From the NCBI RefSeq assembly GCF_964204645.1, contig NC_134025.1:20249101-20313100 (forward strand): a stretch of DNA of 64,000 bases, given 5' to 3'. A program made the translations under genes and the position numbers. The notes under the pieces were generated by a model. That model made no database searches. It was not told the origin of the DNA and was given only the letters and a program-made list of their open reading frames with translations. The stretch is from Tubulanus polymorphus (lineage: Eukaryota; Animalia; Nemertea). Positions 48,135 through 63,275 of this stretch are shown here, in pieces; position 1 is the stretch's first letter, and each line of letters starts with the position of its first letter.

Positions 48135-50236
48135 AAATAGGTGGTGACCATATCGCAAATTTCAGTATCTATATATCTGAAAGATTTATTTTAAGATCAT
48201 TGTATTAGCCATAAATATTTAGAAATAGTGACAAAAAGACAGGCCCATCAGCTGCAGCATTAAGGATTATTCTAGAGAATTTTGTTATATGTTGCTAAGA
48301 AATATTCAGTTTAGTACCCACCTTACAATGAAAACACAATGTTTTTCTAGCGACCTATCAGTAGATTCATCCATTCCTATACCAATAGCCGCAGACTTCG
48401 ATAACTTCGTTCTCAATTTATCTTCGAGTAAGTCGCTGATGCAACATAGAATCTGTAAGGAAATAGGAAAAATATTGTAACATATCAATCAAGTGGATGT
48501 TCAAAATTTAAAAATTGTAATTTTGTTCTCGACAAAAGATCAAGGGATGGAAAGTTTACCTGATTAAATATATCTGGTGAGTCATGCTTGGCATTATTTG
48601 GTCCTCGGAATTTAATCAAATCTTCAATTTTCATGTGACGGCCCCATGCCTGGAGAGCACTAAATTTGGCATTTGCAAGTTCTTCAGTTACAACAAAGTA
48701 ACTAGTTTTGAATGCAGCAATAGTAGCACTGATGACTTCTTTACTGTATTTTGGTTGAAGTGGTTCAGATGTTATGGTATGCTGCTGAGGATTTACAGCT
48801 GCACAGGCATTTCTATGGTCATCTGATGAAGCATGAACCGTCAATGACTTTCGTCTGCAAATGAAATAATTTTCATTTTCACTTAGTTATAGCCAGGATG
48901 AAATACCGGTAAGAAAAAACTAGTGTAATTTTTAGATAACAGGAATTATGTATTTTACCATGCCAGGAAGCCCTCACTGTTTTGAGGTTCAATTTATGTT
49001 TTATATGTTGACGGGTAAACAAAGAACTAGTAACAGGAATTTTTAAAAATGTAAACCTACCGGAAATTAGCTGTTCCTATGCTCCAGACTCCTGTTTTTT
49101 TGGCAGAAATACAGAATTTACACGATATTTTGTTTGTTTCCTCATCATACTGCAGCCATTTAAACTCATTCAGCCATTTAGAAGAGAACTTTTTAATACT
49201 ACCAGTATTTGTAACTGATGTACTACTGGTGGTGTCTGGAACACTCGTGGTACTGGAAGATGCTGCATGTGCAGGTTGGTCGTCAGTCACAGTCATGATG
49301 TTGCTGGTAGTGGTGGTTGATACGACAGTGTTAGCATTTGATGTAGCTTGCTCATTTGGTTTAAAGAATTTAGATATCTCCAGCTATTTAGACCGTCTTT
49401 TGCCTGATGAAACAAAGAACAATTTTAAAAAACAGTGAATAATAACTCCTATAGCAGCATCTTTCATTTGAGATGGGTTCCAGCTTCTGGGCCCGGGCAT
49501 GTTATTCTTCAAATTCAGACGGATTTGTGAATGTGTCAATACCGACAATATCATTGGTAAATTCCATGAAATACCCAGTCCCAGTAAAAAAAATATATAT
49601 AAATTTATCAGGCCTAATTAGGCCTTACTTTACTTTACTTTAGCTTTAGCGTATACTGGTATTGAAAAACCAATGAGTATTCTTGACATTTGCTATATCC
49701 ACGTGGAAATGTTATTGTTTACATGCAAGCATCCACCAATCGTATTTCCCATAATTCATGTGGGCGTGGCAATCACATTGCTACCCATGCTAAATAAAAG
49801 CCAGTACTGACGGACCTTTGTGCTAAATTCTACACTACTACGATATCACGCACACCTGGTATACAGATGTTTGAAACTATATTGTTTCAGAATTTGGAAA
49901 TAGGTCACGTCAAACTTAACTTGATATTGCTGGGTGATAAGTAATTCATCAAAATGTTTACTCCGGCAAAGCGACGGCCGCCATGTTGGATAAATATTTG
50001 GCCCTTGCTGTGCTGGCAATTTAAAGGCAGTCTTCCTGGTATTCGGTCAATGTTAGACAGTTATAGTTAGCCAATAATATTTCACAATTATATGATTTAT
50101 CATAAATGAATTATTAAAACGATTTTGTGGACAAGTACAGCTTTATTTTATGATAAAAACGTACCCGTAGTAGCAGACATCTCGGCTCAGTTCATATGCA
50201 TTTGAAACTTTAAATGAAACTTTAAATGAATATGCA

Positions 50237-50414
50237 TTCAGATGCTTTGAAATCCTAGACTCTGATAATAATTAACACGAAACTGCTTTTATTCTTGTTA
50301 TATTAATGTAAAATGTTTATGTTTTGTAAATACTATTTGTAAATATCACTCTGTGCATCTCGACCCGAAAGGGTGTAAGCAGTACAATAAAGAGTTTATT
50401 GAATTGAATTGAAT
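50237..50414 (+). mobile_element. Short 5'-truncated LINE tail insertion
   Basis: AATAAA plus (TTGAA)n; TGAATATGCA duplicated at 50227-50236 and 50415-50424. Confidence 0.65.
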
Positions 50415-53400
50415 TGAATATGCAAATCACGCTCTCAGCTGATTATCAAAACGAGGCTCGCTGGCGCTGCAGCGAGGCGCTGTCACTCATTCACTGTGTA
50501 ATAACTGTAAACATAACGCATGCAGAAAATCGGAACCAAATCAAAACAAAAGCGATCTTAGTTTAGAAACAATTTATTTCTTTTTAAACACTAAAACATG
50601 AAAATATATATTACACTGAGATTTTTGAAACCAGGAAAGAAATCTGGCCATCCAGAAGCATTGAAAATCAAAATTCTTGGCCGTCATTTTCGTGAGATGT
50701 TCACGAGTGGCCGTGCCACGTCTTTTCCCGTTATTTTCCAAAACAGCCGTCCAAAAAGACGGCTGAACGGCTCGCTAGCTAAGACCCTGATGAGGTGCTT
50801 GAGCGAACAAAGGGTTATTGTGTTGTCGATTAGAATGGCCTATTATTGTGTGTTCAACAGAAGATAACCTGTTGAATGATAAAAACAGTGAGGTAACGGA
50901 ACAACTTGTACTCAGGTGTATTACGATTTATGAAAATGATGTCATGTGATCCGAAGTGAGATCGACCCCCTCTCGCTCAAGAAGATCCTGAACTTGCTAG
51001 AAGATCCTGAACTTTCTCCTCTAGCTTTTTAACTTTCCGTTTAAGGACATGTCTTACTCCTTGAATTTGAGTGACCTTGTCCCTAAGTTTTTCTTTCAAA
51101 AGATAGCTGTTCCTCGCTTGAGATGACTTGCAGATCTGCGCAGGGTTTTTCTTTTTTCAAACACGATGAAATGCTACTGATTGCACTTTGTACTATAGGC
51201 ACACATAACAAATGTACTTTTCCTCGTGTTGTGAGTCAGTCACAATCGTCATGCCGGACACAATTTTCATCACTGATACGAGAACCTTCTTCGCAAGCTA
51301 TTATCGTTCCTGATTTATCATGATATACATCAACCTCAGTTGGGAACTTGTTTCAACAGACTTCGGAAAAACCTCTGATTACACTGCACTTATTCGAATG
51401 CAGCAAAGGTAACGATGTTTTAACACCGGATTCACTATTCAAAATCCTTGGTTACGATTTAAACGGACCCAATTGTCGGGCATCACTTCCATCAATGGAT
51501 GCTGATAAATTAATATAAGTCCAGATAAATTCAATTTCAGACAGAAGTGATACGATGCCTTCAAATCGCATGATTACTTCACCAAGAATCTTAGTGTCTG
51601 ATGTACCACAGACACTAAGATGCGAACGACATTTTCTCGATACTTTTAGATCACTGCAGCTTTAAACCACCAGAAATCCAGTTTCACTAAACCGATTTTG
51701 AAAAATAAACTCTCTTTACAAACCTCATACATTCAGTTTTCTTATTGTTATATTCATTCGGAGGTTCCTTCATCATAGTCCGTGCTTGATGCGATATAAA
51801 TACAGAAAAAGCAAAAATGACACCATTTTTTCACTTTGAAACTAGGCATTGTAACACTGTAGTTCGTTAGCAACAAGACAACTTGAGCGATGCGTGTCTC
51901 ATCGCTAAACATCGCATCATTTTTGTATCTTGAATTTAATCGTACTAGAATCAGATTTATCGTCAAAATTATATAATGAACAAACGTAAGACATCATAAG
52001 GTTAGTGTACATAGTTTATTCATCAAAATCGGTTGTTTATTTGCTGAGATATCGCAGTTTGAACACGGACAAAAAAGCCGACCAAATTCTGGTCGGCAAC
52101 TGTACAGCGAATTTGAATGCACGCATCTGGGTGGTTGGTTACACTAGGATCGTAGATCACTGGTGGAGACAACCACTGCCAGTGCTGGGTGAAATGATTA
52201 CTTACAAATGGCAAACTCCTTGCACTCATTTTTCACGATATAGCTGTGCTGTTTTGCGAAATCTATGATGCATTTGCAAATCGAGCCAGTAAAGAGGTAT
52301 ATACCGTATGAACAACATGTTGAACACATCACTGGCTCGACCCATCTGCATACCTTTGTATTCATTGCCTTAGTGCATTTTAAATTTTTTTGTCCCCGCC
52401 ATCAATCAAGTTTTTTGAGGCAGACTTGTAGATCTACAATAAAAAATGCGTAGGGCAACTTTGTAGTATTTGATTTTCCAGTAATGGCCAAATTGTAAGA
52501 TTTGACCCTTTAATTGATTCAAATTCTGAAGTTTTTAGAACTGCTACATGTAGTTTCAAAATGAGGGCTACATCTTTCTACTTATCCATTTAACAACAAG
52601 TATGTGCTTGTAAAATAAAGCAAGTTGAACAACTCAATGGACTTTGTAGTACTGTACATGTAATAGTTCACTGAAAAGAATTAGAAAATAGAAATATCTA
52701 GAATGTCCTTTGTTTTTTTCCGCATGAATTTTTGAGAATTAATTGATGATTGACCTGCTATGATAGGGTCTAGGCATTTCAATTTTTGTAGGCTAAATAT
52801 ACCTTTTACTAGGGCTATAAACTGCTAAGAAACTATGTCAAATGCAGAAAACAGTCATATGTGTCAATCCTTCTTTCGGTGGAGATGTTTCGATGGAGTA
52901 TTTTTCTCTAATTCTGCATTGTTCTGCACACATCGTAAGGTAACCCCAGTATTCATCCATATTTTATCTATTCAAAACAGGATATTTTATATACAGGAAT
53001 TGTCAGGAACATACAAAATATGTCATTTATAATGCATACTAATACACACACGGAATTGGCCTAAAATTTTATTGATGCGTACAAGTCTTCAACTGATTTC
53101 CAGAATTCTTTCACCGAAGAGTAGATCTTGTGGGCACAGCCATTGTGGTGCCAAATTCGCATGCGTGAGTTGAATACGCCATCTAAAAACTACCTCAATG
53201 GATTGCATTTAGTATCAAAGTCGAATCCCACACACGTGTAACTGTGTGAATGACAGAGCTACTGATCGAACCAGTGGGTAATACACTGATATAGTCCGAG
53301 CTTCTTCCTATTGAGATGATTGCTCGTAGGTCATACATGGTCTCCATTTGCAATCTTCAGCCCGATGTCCTGTCCTGAAATATAATAGACCGGAAGAGTT

Positions 53401-53740
53401 ATTCATCACCAGTTCAAATTGCTGATTGACATCCCTTTCAATGTTTCACATCGGTGAGATTGATGATCTGTAGCATCATAAAATAAACATTTTCTATATC
53501 TACTGGGATTACTGTTACCACTAACCGCAAGAGATCACCAGATGGATGAAATTGGTGTCTTTTGGTATGGCACCACCACCAACATAACTACTTTGAGCTT
53601 TTTACACTAGTATCAGTAGTTCTCACAGCCATTAGTGCTTCTTGGGGTTTGTTGAGTAATAAATCAAGTCGAGGGCAAAACGCCACTTCCACCAGCATTT
53701 TAATCATCATGTATATTTTCTCTGCAATGGTTTTGGGATT

Positions 53741-54617
53741 TTTAAGCCAGCCGTAGACTGAGCCTATTACTATACAAATGGAGCAAATTTAAATAACATG
53801 GTTTCTTGAGTAAAAGCTCTATGACTGTGCAACTGAGCATATATTCATACAAATCATTCATTAAAGCATTATCCATCGTCTCGATAAAGGGCCTCGTTAA
53901 AATTTATATGAGATTTTTGGCGAAAATCTGATCACAAAAATATCTGTTTTAAAAATGCCAATCAGAAAGCAAAGACTCCTCTATGATTGGCTTAGCCGCA
54001 GAGATCAGCAGTTGTTCACGTGAACCCGCGGTATCGTCTACCGTTTTACTTCCGGGTTTTATTTTAAGATCTAAAATTGTATTTCAATATTGATTTCTGT
54101 GAAATATTTAGTTGATTTGGTTTTTGGGAAAATATTTTTAATTGCACTACAGAAAATATCATTGACAATTGTGCAAAGTCCGGGAAAAATCTCTTCTCAA
54201 ATCGGATGGACGACCTTGATATGCTAATTAACCATGTGCTCAAACTGCAAATTCAATCAAATTTTATTCTGCAAAAAAATATCAAATCCAATGCAATTTT
54301 ACATTATTGAACAGGGTTAAACAGCAAATCTAAATCAATTTTGTTTTAATGAGCAAATTTCAGAAAATTCAATTCTATTCCGCATTCAAATCAGTAAGAC
54401 CAAGGGAAAAGATTTATCTGAGGTATTTGTTCCTGCCAGCTCCAGTCGCCGTCTGTGCTACTTATGAAAACACGATTGAATTGTGTAAATTATTAGCCTG
54501 GAATTGACTAGTATGAGCTGGGAGTGTATTTGGACAAATTTAACCCACAGAATGCATCATTTGCCATTTTATGAAAAGCTGACGGGCTGGCCATAGTGTC
54601 CCTTGGGGTTCTTATTT
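53741..54617 (+). mobile_element. Short copy of the HINE family at 22685-25069
   Basis: Shared 5' end GCCAGCCGTAG.CTGAGCCTATTACTATACAAATGGAGC, shared middle block and shared 3' end GGCTGGCCAT.GTG.CCCTTGGGG.TCTT. Confidence 0.8.
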
Positions 54618-57324
54618 ACTTAACCAATGCTGTAAATATCCAATTGCAGGCAATGAGGTTTTCATCCTCTTCGGTCTTTTTCATGATGTGCGCCCATTCT
54701 AATGACAGTTTGGTACGAAGGGGCTCCAATTCTCTCATTCTAGCATTTGTTGCCGGCTTCACCTTAGCAATTTCTTGAATGGTAGCTGACAATTTCAGTT
54801 GCACATCACCATATTTGTTCTCTAGTATGTGAACAATATTACTGACTTTAAGGAAATAACGATTTTCCTGGCCTATCCATCAAGTACTGAGATAGTGAAA
54901 TGTTATGGTCATTTTTATCCGGGTGACGGGTTATCAATACTACTAAAACTGACGACTTCTTTCTGTTTATCAATCCGTTATTTATCATATGTTCAAACGC
55001 TGTATACGGTTTTCATTTAGCTCAGCAGAGTGCCATTCATTGACACCGACGGAATACAACGGTCAACAGACAGGTTTCTACAATAAAAACAATTACAAAC
55101 CAATAATATTCACTGACCAGTCTTAAGATAATGATTTAAACAAAATACGGTTGTTACAAAACAGACAAAACTTACAAACTCATTATAGAAATACTCGTTA
55201 TCAGTTAGCTACGTAGCCAATTCTCTCAAAAAACCTCTGACACGTCAACAAAACTTCCTGACTACACTTCCGCCCCCTCCAGGTGGCAGCACGTTACCGC
55301 ATCTATCATAAAGAACCTAACATGAAATGTGTTCCTTCTACTTCACTGTACCCAGCTTTTTCTAATTCTGACTCGAGAAGTTGTTTTGAATGGTCGAAGA
55401 TATCACCTTGGTTTGAAAACTTCAGCATCTTTAACTCTTGTTTCTGATGAGTCATGACCTCTTGATCTTGATAATTTCAGCAAGCAATTATGGATAACCT
55501 ATAAGAACACTATTTATGTTCATATTAAGATTTACTTACTCCAGTTATTTGCCTGCACTGTGAATATCCTTTTTAACGATACCTAATGTTTTGGTGGTAG
55601 TCCAAACGCCTTTGAACAAAGGAGCAGATACTTTCTCGCGGTGTTGCACAGGAGAAATGGTTGATACGCCAGTAGCTTAGTACAGTCATAATGCAGCCAT
55701 TTAGTCGAATAGTCCGATGATTGCTCGGTTGATGTGGTGGATCGAGGTAGAGCTTTTACAACATATATTTTTTGCATGTGGCAACTTGACCTGGCATATA
55801 ACGAGAGCAATTCTGTCATATGAGTTTGACAGCTTTCAATGTCCAATTCGTTTACGAATCATTGAAAACCTGTAAGAACACTGCATTCATGTTCATATTG
55901 AGATTTACTGACTCGAGTTACGTGCAATATTCTTGTTACCGACACCTAATGTTCTGATGGTAGTCCAAATGCTTTTGAACAAAGACCTGGGATGCAGATA
56001 ACGTACTTGGAGTGAGAGTTTCCTATAACTAGTACCTCAGAGTCTATTGGTACCTTATCATATTGGTTAAAGGAGGTGCTTTCATCTGATTGGATAAAGT
56101 AGTGACCATTGATTTTTTTTACAGGTTCGATTAGATGTCCATTAATGTTCACAGTAAATTCATTGCAATAAACTGGATGAAACACTCTTCTGTTGAAAAG
56201 AGCAGTGTTTGTGGTCTTCAGAAAAAATAACTCACTGTAATGTTCATCTACATGATTTTCAGCTCGATTCATCAAACGCAGATACAAGACGGTTCCAATG
56301 TTCTTCTACGTCAGCTTCGGCCACATCAAGTAATTTGTGGGCAGTATCTAGTTCACTGCATTCTATCATTAGCTGATCCTTAGTATCATCATCATCATCA
56401 TCAGATTTTTTTGGGGAGGTGCCATAGTTTGACTTTGCGCCCAGCCAATCCTAAGTTCATCCTCAGAGGATGGGCATTAAATTTTTTTCTTTCCTTACAA
56501 AATTGTCAGAGTTAAGATAGTTGCCTTGCTAGTCGCAATATTTTGGTTTTTACTAGAAATTCAGATATACTTTCTACCTGTAGGCTGTAATCATGTAATG
56601 AATTTGACAGCTCTGGTGCTTTTTAATCAACTCGTTGAGAGTAGCATATTTCAGGGATGAGAATTCCCCACAGATCCGCGGTTTCCTGCAGATTTTGGTA
56701 TTGAAAAATATCAATTTTCCAAATAGTCCAAAAATGATATAAAAGTATACGGGGGTGGGGGTTGATCTCACTCAATTGGTCCAGCGTGATCGGTAATCAG
56801 GTGAACCGTAGAAGCGTTCATTGCCTGTTTTACTTATCAATGCATATTCATTGCAACACTGATTTTGTATCTACTACGATGAATGTGTATGTATTTTATC
56901 GGTCGGTTGCAGGCACGCGCGGGCGGCAACAGTAGTAATTTATATAGGCCAACTTACTGTTGCCGCGTGTGTGTGGCGAAATCCTTCAGATATACACTAC
57001 TGGGTGTTGATTTTTAGTGAGCATTCATCGGTGCATTTTTTCTGCAATAATTCAGGGCTCGACCCGTAATGCATGAGATGCTGAATGTCATGGAATGAGG
57101 ATGTGCCACATTGGAACTTGCCATTACCTTCCAAAATATAATAGTCGTTCATGGGTTCAAGATCACTCGGAAAACGCTTTTACTTTCTAACATTTTCTTG
57201 GGGGAGGACCCCCAAACCCCCCGAAAAGTTTGGCCAAAAGGTTTGGGGTCAAGATACTCTCTTATGGTGCCAGAAGAAAGCGTTGACATGCCAGTAGCTT
57301 AGTAGAGTCATAATGCAGCCATTT

Positions 57325-60300
57325 ATATAACGGCCCCTTTTGTCAACTTTCGCCGCCAGAAATTACAAAACGAGACTTTTGTAGGATATACGTTAATATG
57401 TTGTTCTTTATTAAACTGTTCACATAACGATTAACTGAAATATAAGAAAATTAGACTACTAAGTACTACAGCAACGTATTGTACAGATGTAGACACAGAT
57501 ACCGCCCGGCAATCAAATTAGAAAATGAACAGCAGTAAGGTGCTGCCACCACAGCAAGCGCAAAATGCCAACGTTTCAAAATCAATCTTAACTAATAAAG
57601 AGCAAGCTACACAACTATAAATCTATAGCTCTAACAAATGTTTACACATAACCTAAATAAATGAAGGAAAAAACACATACCGTGGTTTCCTAAGGAAGAC
57701 CTAATTCAATACTCAATTCACTAGGGAATTTCACCCACGTATCCACTAAAACTACATACCGGTACTACTTCCGCCCGATCTAAATCGTACTAAATACTGA
57801 CAAAATACGTTTAAAACAATACCCGGCGGTGGCAAACTGTGTTAATACACCGCCCCCTTTATTGGGCAACAAATTACCTAACGCATTAATGCAACATTCA
57901 AATACTAACACGCAATCACTACATACTAGTAATACTTTTCGCGAATACTTAAGGTAACTTCAACTTTGATTAACTATAGAATTCAAACCTCAATAATAAA
58001 CAGGTAATGAACTCAGGCAAGAATAAACTATTATGAACTCGAATATAGAGCTTGGTTTAATTATGATTGTCATACAAGAAAAACAAACCATGCAAAAAAA
58101 TCATGCAAACTAACCACTTCTGAATGCAATACAACTACTACCTAAATGCACAAAACCCATGTCATGTTATACTATAAACAGAACAGGCCTCTTGGCTCAC
58201 TAAAAACTAAATAAAAAACTAAATCTCACTTCCTCACTCAAGAAAAGTCAAACTTAATCATAAAATGAGATACTACTACGCAAATCAAGCTAATACCTAA
58301 TTCCACGACTTAAGAATTAATCTTTGATTCTAGAACAACACACAACTTATCATAGGGACGCTCGAATTCGCCATTCTTTGTTTTTACCTTGGCTGAGCGC
58401 ACAACACCTTTATCATCTGATTTAACACTAGTAATTCTACCAAGTAACCATGAACCGCGCACATTAGTATCTACAATAAGTACAACATCTCCTACTGACA
58501 AATTACGTTTTTGATCATACCATTTACTGCCTATGGCTATAGTAGGAAGATATTCGACAACCCAGCGCTTCAAAAATATTCCAGAAAGGTATTGAACCTG
58601 TTGCCATTGACGACGTGCATAGTTATCTGATTTGTCAAATACACCAATTGGTAAACTACCCCCAGGGTTTAACAACAACAAATCGTTCGGAGAAATTGGC
58701 CGCAGATCATTAGGATCGTCAGAGACAAATGAAATTGGGCGAGAGTTAATAATACTCTCTACTTCGCAGAATAGAGTACTCAACAGCTCGTCGTCCAATT
58801 TCTTGCCACCTTGTTCAAGTAAAAGGTTATACAATATCTTCCTGACTGATCTTATTAAGCGTTCCCAGACGCCACCAAAGTGGGAGGCACCCGGCGGGTT
58901 GAACTCCCACTCGATGCCACAGCGAGTAGAATACGCAGTGATTTTCTCCTTATTCCACGAATTCAAAGCTGACTTCAATTCATTGACGGCCCCTACAAGA
59001 TTCGACCCATTGTCCGATTTCATTTTCTTGACTTGCCCACGTCTAGCAATGAACCGTCGTAACGCTAATATGCAGGAATCGGCTTCCATAGAGCACGCCA
59101 ATTCCAGATGTACGGCTCTGGTAGCGAAACATGTAATAATAACACCATATCGTTTAAAATCGCTCCGCCCCCTCTTGACGATGAAGGGACCAAAGAAATC
59201 TATACCGCTTCGCGTAAACACTGGTTCCTCCAGAATGAGACGGTCGATGGGCAACACTGACAGTTTCTGCGAACATCTTGTACCATGGTACTTCCTACAT
59301 TTTACGCACTTGCTTACCATAGCCTTCACCTTACTTGTTAGCCCAACAATCCAGTACTTACGGCGCACGTACATACGTAGCAATTTTAAGTTGTGATGAG
59401 CTAGAACGCGATGAGCGTCACGTACGATTAGGTCACTTACGTGTGCATTTTTCGGCATGACTATGGGGTGCTTCAAATCGTACGGAATGTCAGCGTGATC
59501 TAAACGACCTCCGACCCTTATGACACCTCCATCGAGAAACGGACTTAGTTTGTAGAGCACACTTTTCTTACGAACATTACCGTTCTTTTCTAACGATTTG
59601 ATCTCATTCGCGAAATACTTCCGTTGGACATATTTACATATTTCAAGCTCTGCGTCCTTTATCAGATCTACGGTTAACTGCAACGACGTAGTCTTATGTC
59701 TCAAACACCGCAACACCGCAACACTACGTTTCATCTCCCACCAGTCTGAAAACCTGTCTAGAAGCTGAGGCACACACCGAACCTTTTATTTCTAACGAAT
59801 CATTCTTTACTCCGGACAGATCTACGGTAGGCCAATGTCCTTCGCTGCCTTTTAAGAATTCCGGACCAACAAACCAACGATTGTTACCATCGGGTGTCTC
59901 TTCTAACGACAATCCGCGTGAAGCATCATCGGCAGGATTATCTTCTGTAGACACATAATGCCATTGCGATTTTGACGTCGAGTCACGAATAACTGATACT
60001 CGATTCGCGACAAAGGTTTGATACCTTGCTTCATCGTTGGACAAGTATTTCAGTACACTCGTACTGTCTGTCCAAAAATGAACTTGATCTATCTTACACT
60101 TTAGCTCTCTAGCGACCATATTGTGCAGATTGACAGCCATCGTGGCTGCGGTTAGCTCGAGCCTAGGTATACTAACATACTTCAGTGGCGCTACACGACT
60201 ACGAGCAAGCAACAGCCTGCAATAACCTTCATGGTTCATGTTGACATATCGCACATAGCTTGAAACTCCGTATCCATTCTCAGAGGCGTCAGAGAAATAA

Positions 60301-62500
60301 TGCAATTCAGTGCTCGCGATCTCACCAAAATCTTCTGGAGTAATGCAACGCGGAGTGGAGACGTTATCTAAACGATTGAGAGTTCCGAGCCATTTATTCC
60401 ATTCAATTAATTCTACTTCCGACAAATCGTCATCCCAGCCTCTTTTATTCCTACATAACCTCTGCAGTAGTTGTTTCGCTGGTAAAAGGTAGGGTGACAC
60501 CAATCCTAACGGATCGTTTACCGAGCTTACCACCGATAGTATCCCTCGTCGGGTGGCTGGCTTGTCCGGAATATTGATTTTATAGCCAAACGCATCATTC
60601 TTAACGTCTCATAGCAGACTCAGCGTACGTTCCGAGTGTGGCGAATTCGGAGATGACTGACCTTCGATCGCAGGGCATTCCGAAACGCAGGGTGCCCTCT
60701 TTTCTGGATCAATACCATTGTTCAGGAATTCGCTATTAGTCAACTTCTTTGTCAAATTGAATCCGCCGTACCGACATAACAACGGTAAGTTTTTTACGAC
60801 GGACATTCCTTCAGTTTCATTTTCGACGGATTTCAATAAATCGTCAACGTAAAAATTTCTATAAACAGCTTCACTGATCATGGGGTCGAACTTCGAACCG
60901 AAGTCTGCCACAGTTCTCTGCAGAACCCAGTTAGCGACGCTAGGAGACGAGGTGGCTCCGAAGATGTGTACAGTCATCCTGTACGCCTGAGGATCTTGAG
61001 ATAGATCGCCATCTGGCCACCACAGAAACCTTGTCGCATCTCGATCGTGTTCAGGAATTCTAACCTGGTAGAACATGGACTCGATATCCGCCATCAGCGC
61101 GACATGTTTCTCTCTAAACCTTAATAGTACACCGAGCAAGGTATTCGTCAGGTCTGGCCCCTGTAATAGTTGTTAATGATGTTCCACCATAAGACGCTGT
61201 GCAATCGAACACTACTCGCAATTTGCCAGGTTTACGTGGATGGTACACGCCATGATGCGGTATGTACGACGTACGACCAACTCTTCCAGTGTCGTACACT
61301 GGAATTTTCTCAGCAAAACCACGCTCAAACACTCTGTCCATGAAACTGCAGTAATCAGCCTTAAACTTATTATCTTTCAACATGCGGCGCTTCAAGCCGT
61401 TGGCACATTGCCAAGCCTGCTGAAAGTTGTCAAGCATTAATACGTTATCATGCTTCCATGGTAGACTGATTTCATAATGATCTCCATCTGGTAACCTCAC
61501 TAGCTTTGCGGAACTTTCTACTATGCTGAGAAACGACTTGTCATTTACGGACATTTCACTTTTCCCGTTCAGTGATCGCTCAGGAAATTCCATCGATATA
61601 AACTTGGAGAACTGTTTTTCTAAATTCTTCCTTTCTTGGATAGCTTCCAACCAGGTACAGAACAAATTACCTTCGTTGACAGCACGCGGTTCATCGTATG
61701 AAAAGTTCCACGCAATCCAGCCTAAGAGCGATCGGGTAACGAACGGTGCGTCTGCCCTCTTACTGTTTCGATAGGTGTATAGGCAGCACGGACACGATTA
61801 CCTATGATAATTTCTACGCTGCTTACTAATTTGGCTAGCTGAATATGTTTCAGGTGAGGCCACATTCGCATATCTTCATTTCGAACAATATGTGACTCAT
61901 CGACCGATAGCTCGGTCATAGTATACACTGTGGACAGATCGATCGGTTCGCCGCCATCAATATTCAAAACTTCCAGATTATCGAGTTTGTATGACGAAAC
62001 TTTACGCAAGCCATGGACTGTTTTGACCTTCAACCACACGCGTTTTCCGTGACAACCTAATCTTTGCCTAAACCGGTCAGTTATTATTGTCAATGAACTG
62101 CACTGATCCATTAACGCATACGTAACTATAGGAATACTGTCTTTTCTGGAAACCATAACTGGGACGATCGCCATTTTGTCGCCGTTGCCTACTTCAGATG
62201 TACTGGCCGTTATTGCACTGATCTCCTTTACCAAAGAATTGCCATCTGTCTTTACTCGTGATGGGTCGTGTAGGAGGGTAGGATGGTACCCTTTGCAGTA
62301 ACCACAGATAGCCTTTTTTCTACAAAGCCGACGATGATGGCCAAACCGCAAACACCCGAAGCAGACACCTTTCATTTGTACAGCTTTCACCCGATCGTTG
62401 AGCGACATTTGCATGAGCTGCGGGCATGACTCAAGATTATGACTATTCTTGGAGCAGTAACGACAAATTGGAGTCGGAACAGTTACTGCACAACTACGTG
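57325..62500 (-). mobile_element. Bel/Pao LTR retrotransposon, 5'-truncated and frameshifted
   Basis: Order is zinc knuckles, protease, RT, RNase H, integrase. The minus strand has PPT AAAAGGGGGCGG followed by TGT at ~57849; the putative 3' LTR is ~57325-57849. Confidence 0.88.
58310..62490 (-). pseudogene. Bel/Pao gag-pol polyprotein in five frameshifted pieces
   Basis: [112 protein letters not shown]. Confidence 0.93.
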
Positions 62501-62814
62501 CCTAAATCTTCACTAGTTTCTAACAGTAATGCATCAAACGAATGTAGTATGTCAGATTAAGAACTTTGTTTTACATACCTATTTACTTTGGAGTATGTGC
62601 TACGCTGTCTGTATTAGAACTCAATGTCATCATTTCCAATATTGCACTCACTTTATTTATATGCTAACTTACCAACATCACCACTGGTGATGTCAGCCGG
62701 TATGGTGATGGCATTCTCTGTTACTCAGCGTGTTCATGCATCATGTACCATGCGTTTTTCCATAGTTAACGCTCTACACACTTCCAATTATGTGCAATTT
62801 TTTTGAATGGTAGC

Positions 62815-63275
62815 TATGATGGGTAGGTGGATAAAACCTATTGAAAATTAGCTTTCTCGATCATCCAATATGGCCGCCACAGACATTTTGAATTTCTTGT
62901 TAGCAATATGCATGCATTAGATAATATGGAATTTCTTTTAAACTTGGATGGTCTAATGGGGTAGGTACATGGATTAAACCTATTGGAAAAATTGCTTACC
63001 AATACGGCCGCCACGGTGGACATCTTGAATTTCTTTTTAGCTATCTACATGCATTAAATAAGTTGCGATTTCATTTAAACTAGGAAGGTGCAAATTGGGT
63101 AGTCCATAGATTACACCAATGGACATATGGTCACCAAGGCAGACATTTTGAATTTCTTGTTAGCGCTGTTCATGCATTAAATAACATGCAATTTCTTTTA
63201 AACTTGGATGGTCTAATCGGTAGGTCCATGGATAAAACCTCTTGAAAATCGGCTTTCTCGCCTACCAATATGGCC
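62815..63275. repeat. Degenerate ~130-bp tandem repeat (3-4 units)
   Basis: Recurring AAACTTGGATGGTCTAAT..GTAGGT.CATGGAT.AAACC and GACATTTTGAATTTCTTGTTAGC. Confidence 0.75.

Larger units (their letters stand above)
43139..49405 (-). pseudogene. hAT transposase (multi-exon)
   Basis: TTF zinc finger FSSKWLNEFKWL..CKFC; IGMDESTD; GSDGASV; VHCICYRLALA; IRWLS; NLNRRFP; AEAELAFSVQNRIKTNPRNRL (dimerisation domain). Confidence 0.85.
42823..50790 (-). mobile_element. hAT DNA transposon with a spliced ZNF862/Tip100-like transposase, inactivated
   Basis: Probable 5' TIR CAGGGTCTTAGCTAGC (minus strand, ~50790). The left end is uncertain and no matching TSD was found. Confidence 0.65.

Noticed and set aside
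58632-59396. 254-aa plus-strand ORF and similar antisense ORFs (6670-7029, 28049-28504, 36113-36448, 49079-49438)
   Set aside because: These are shadows of real coding sequence on the opposite strand and have no motifs of their own.
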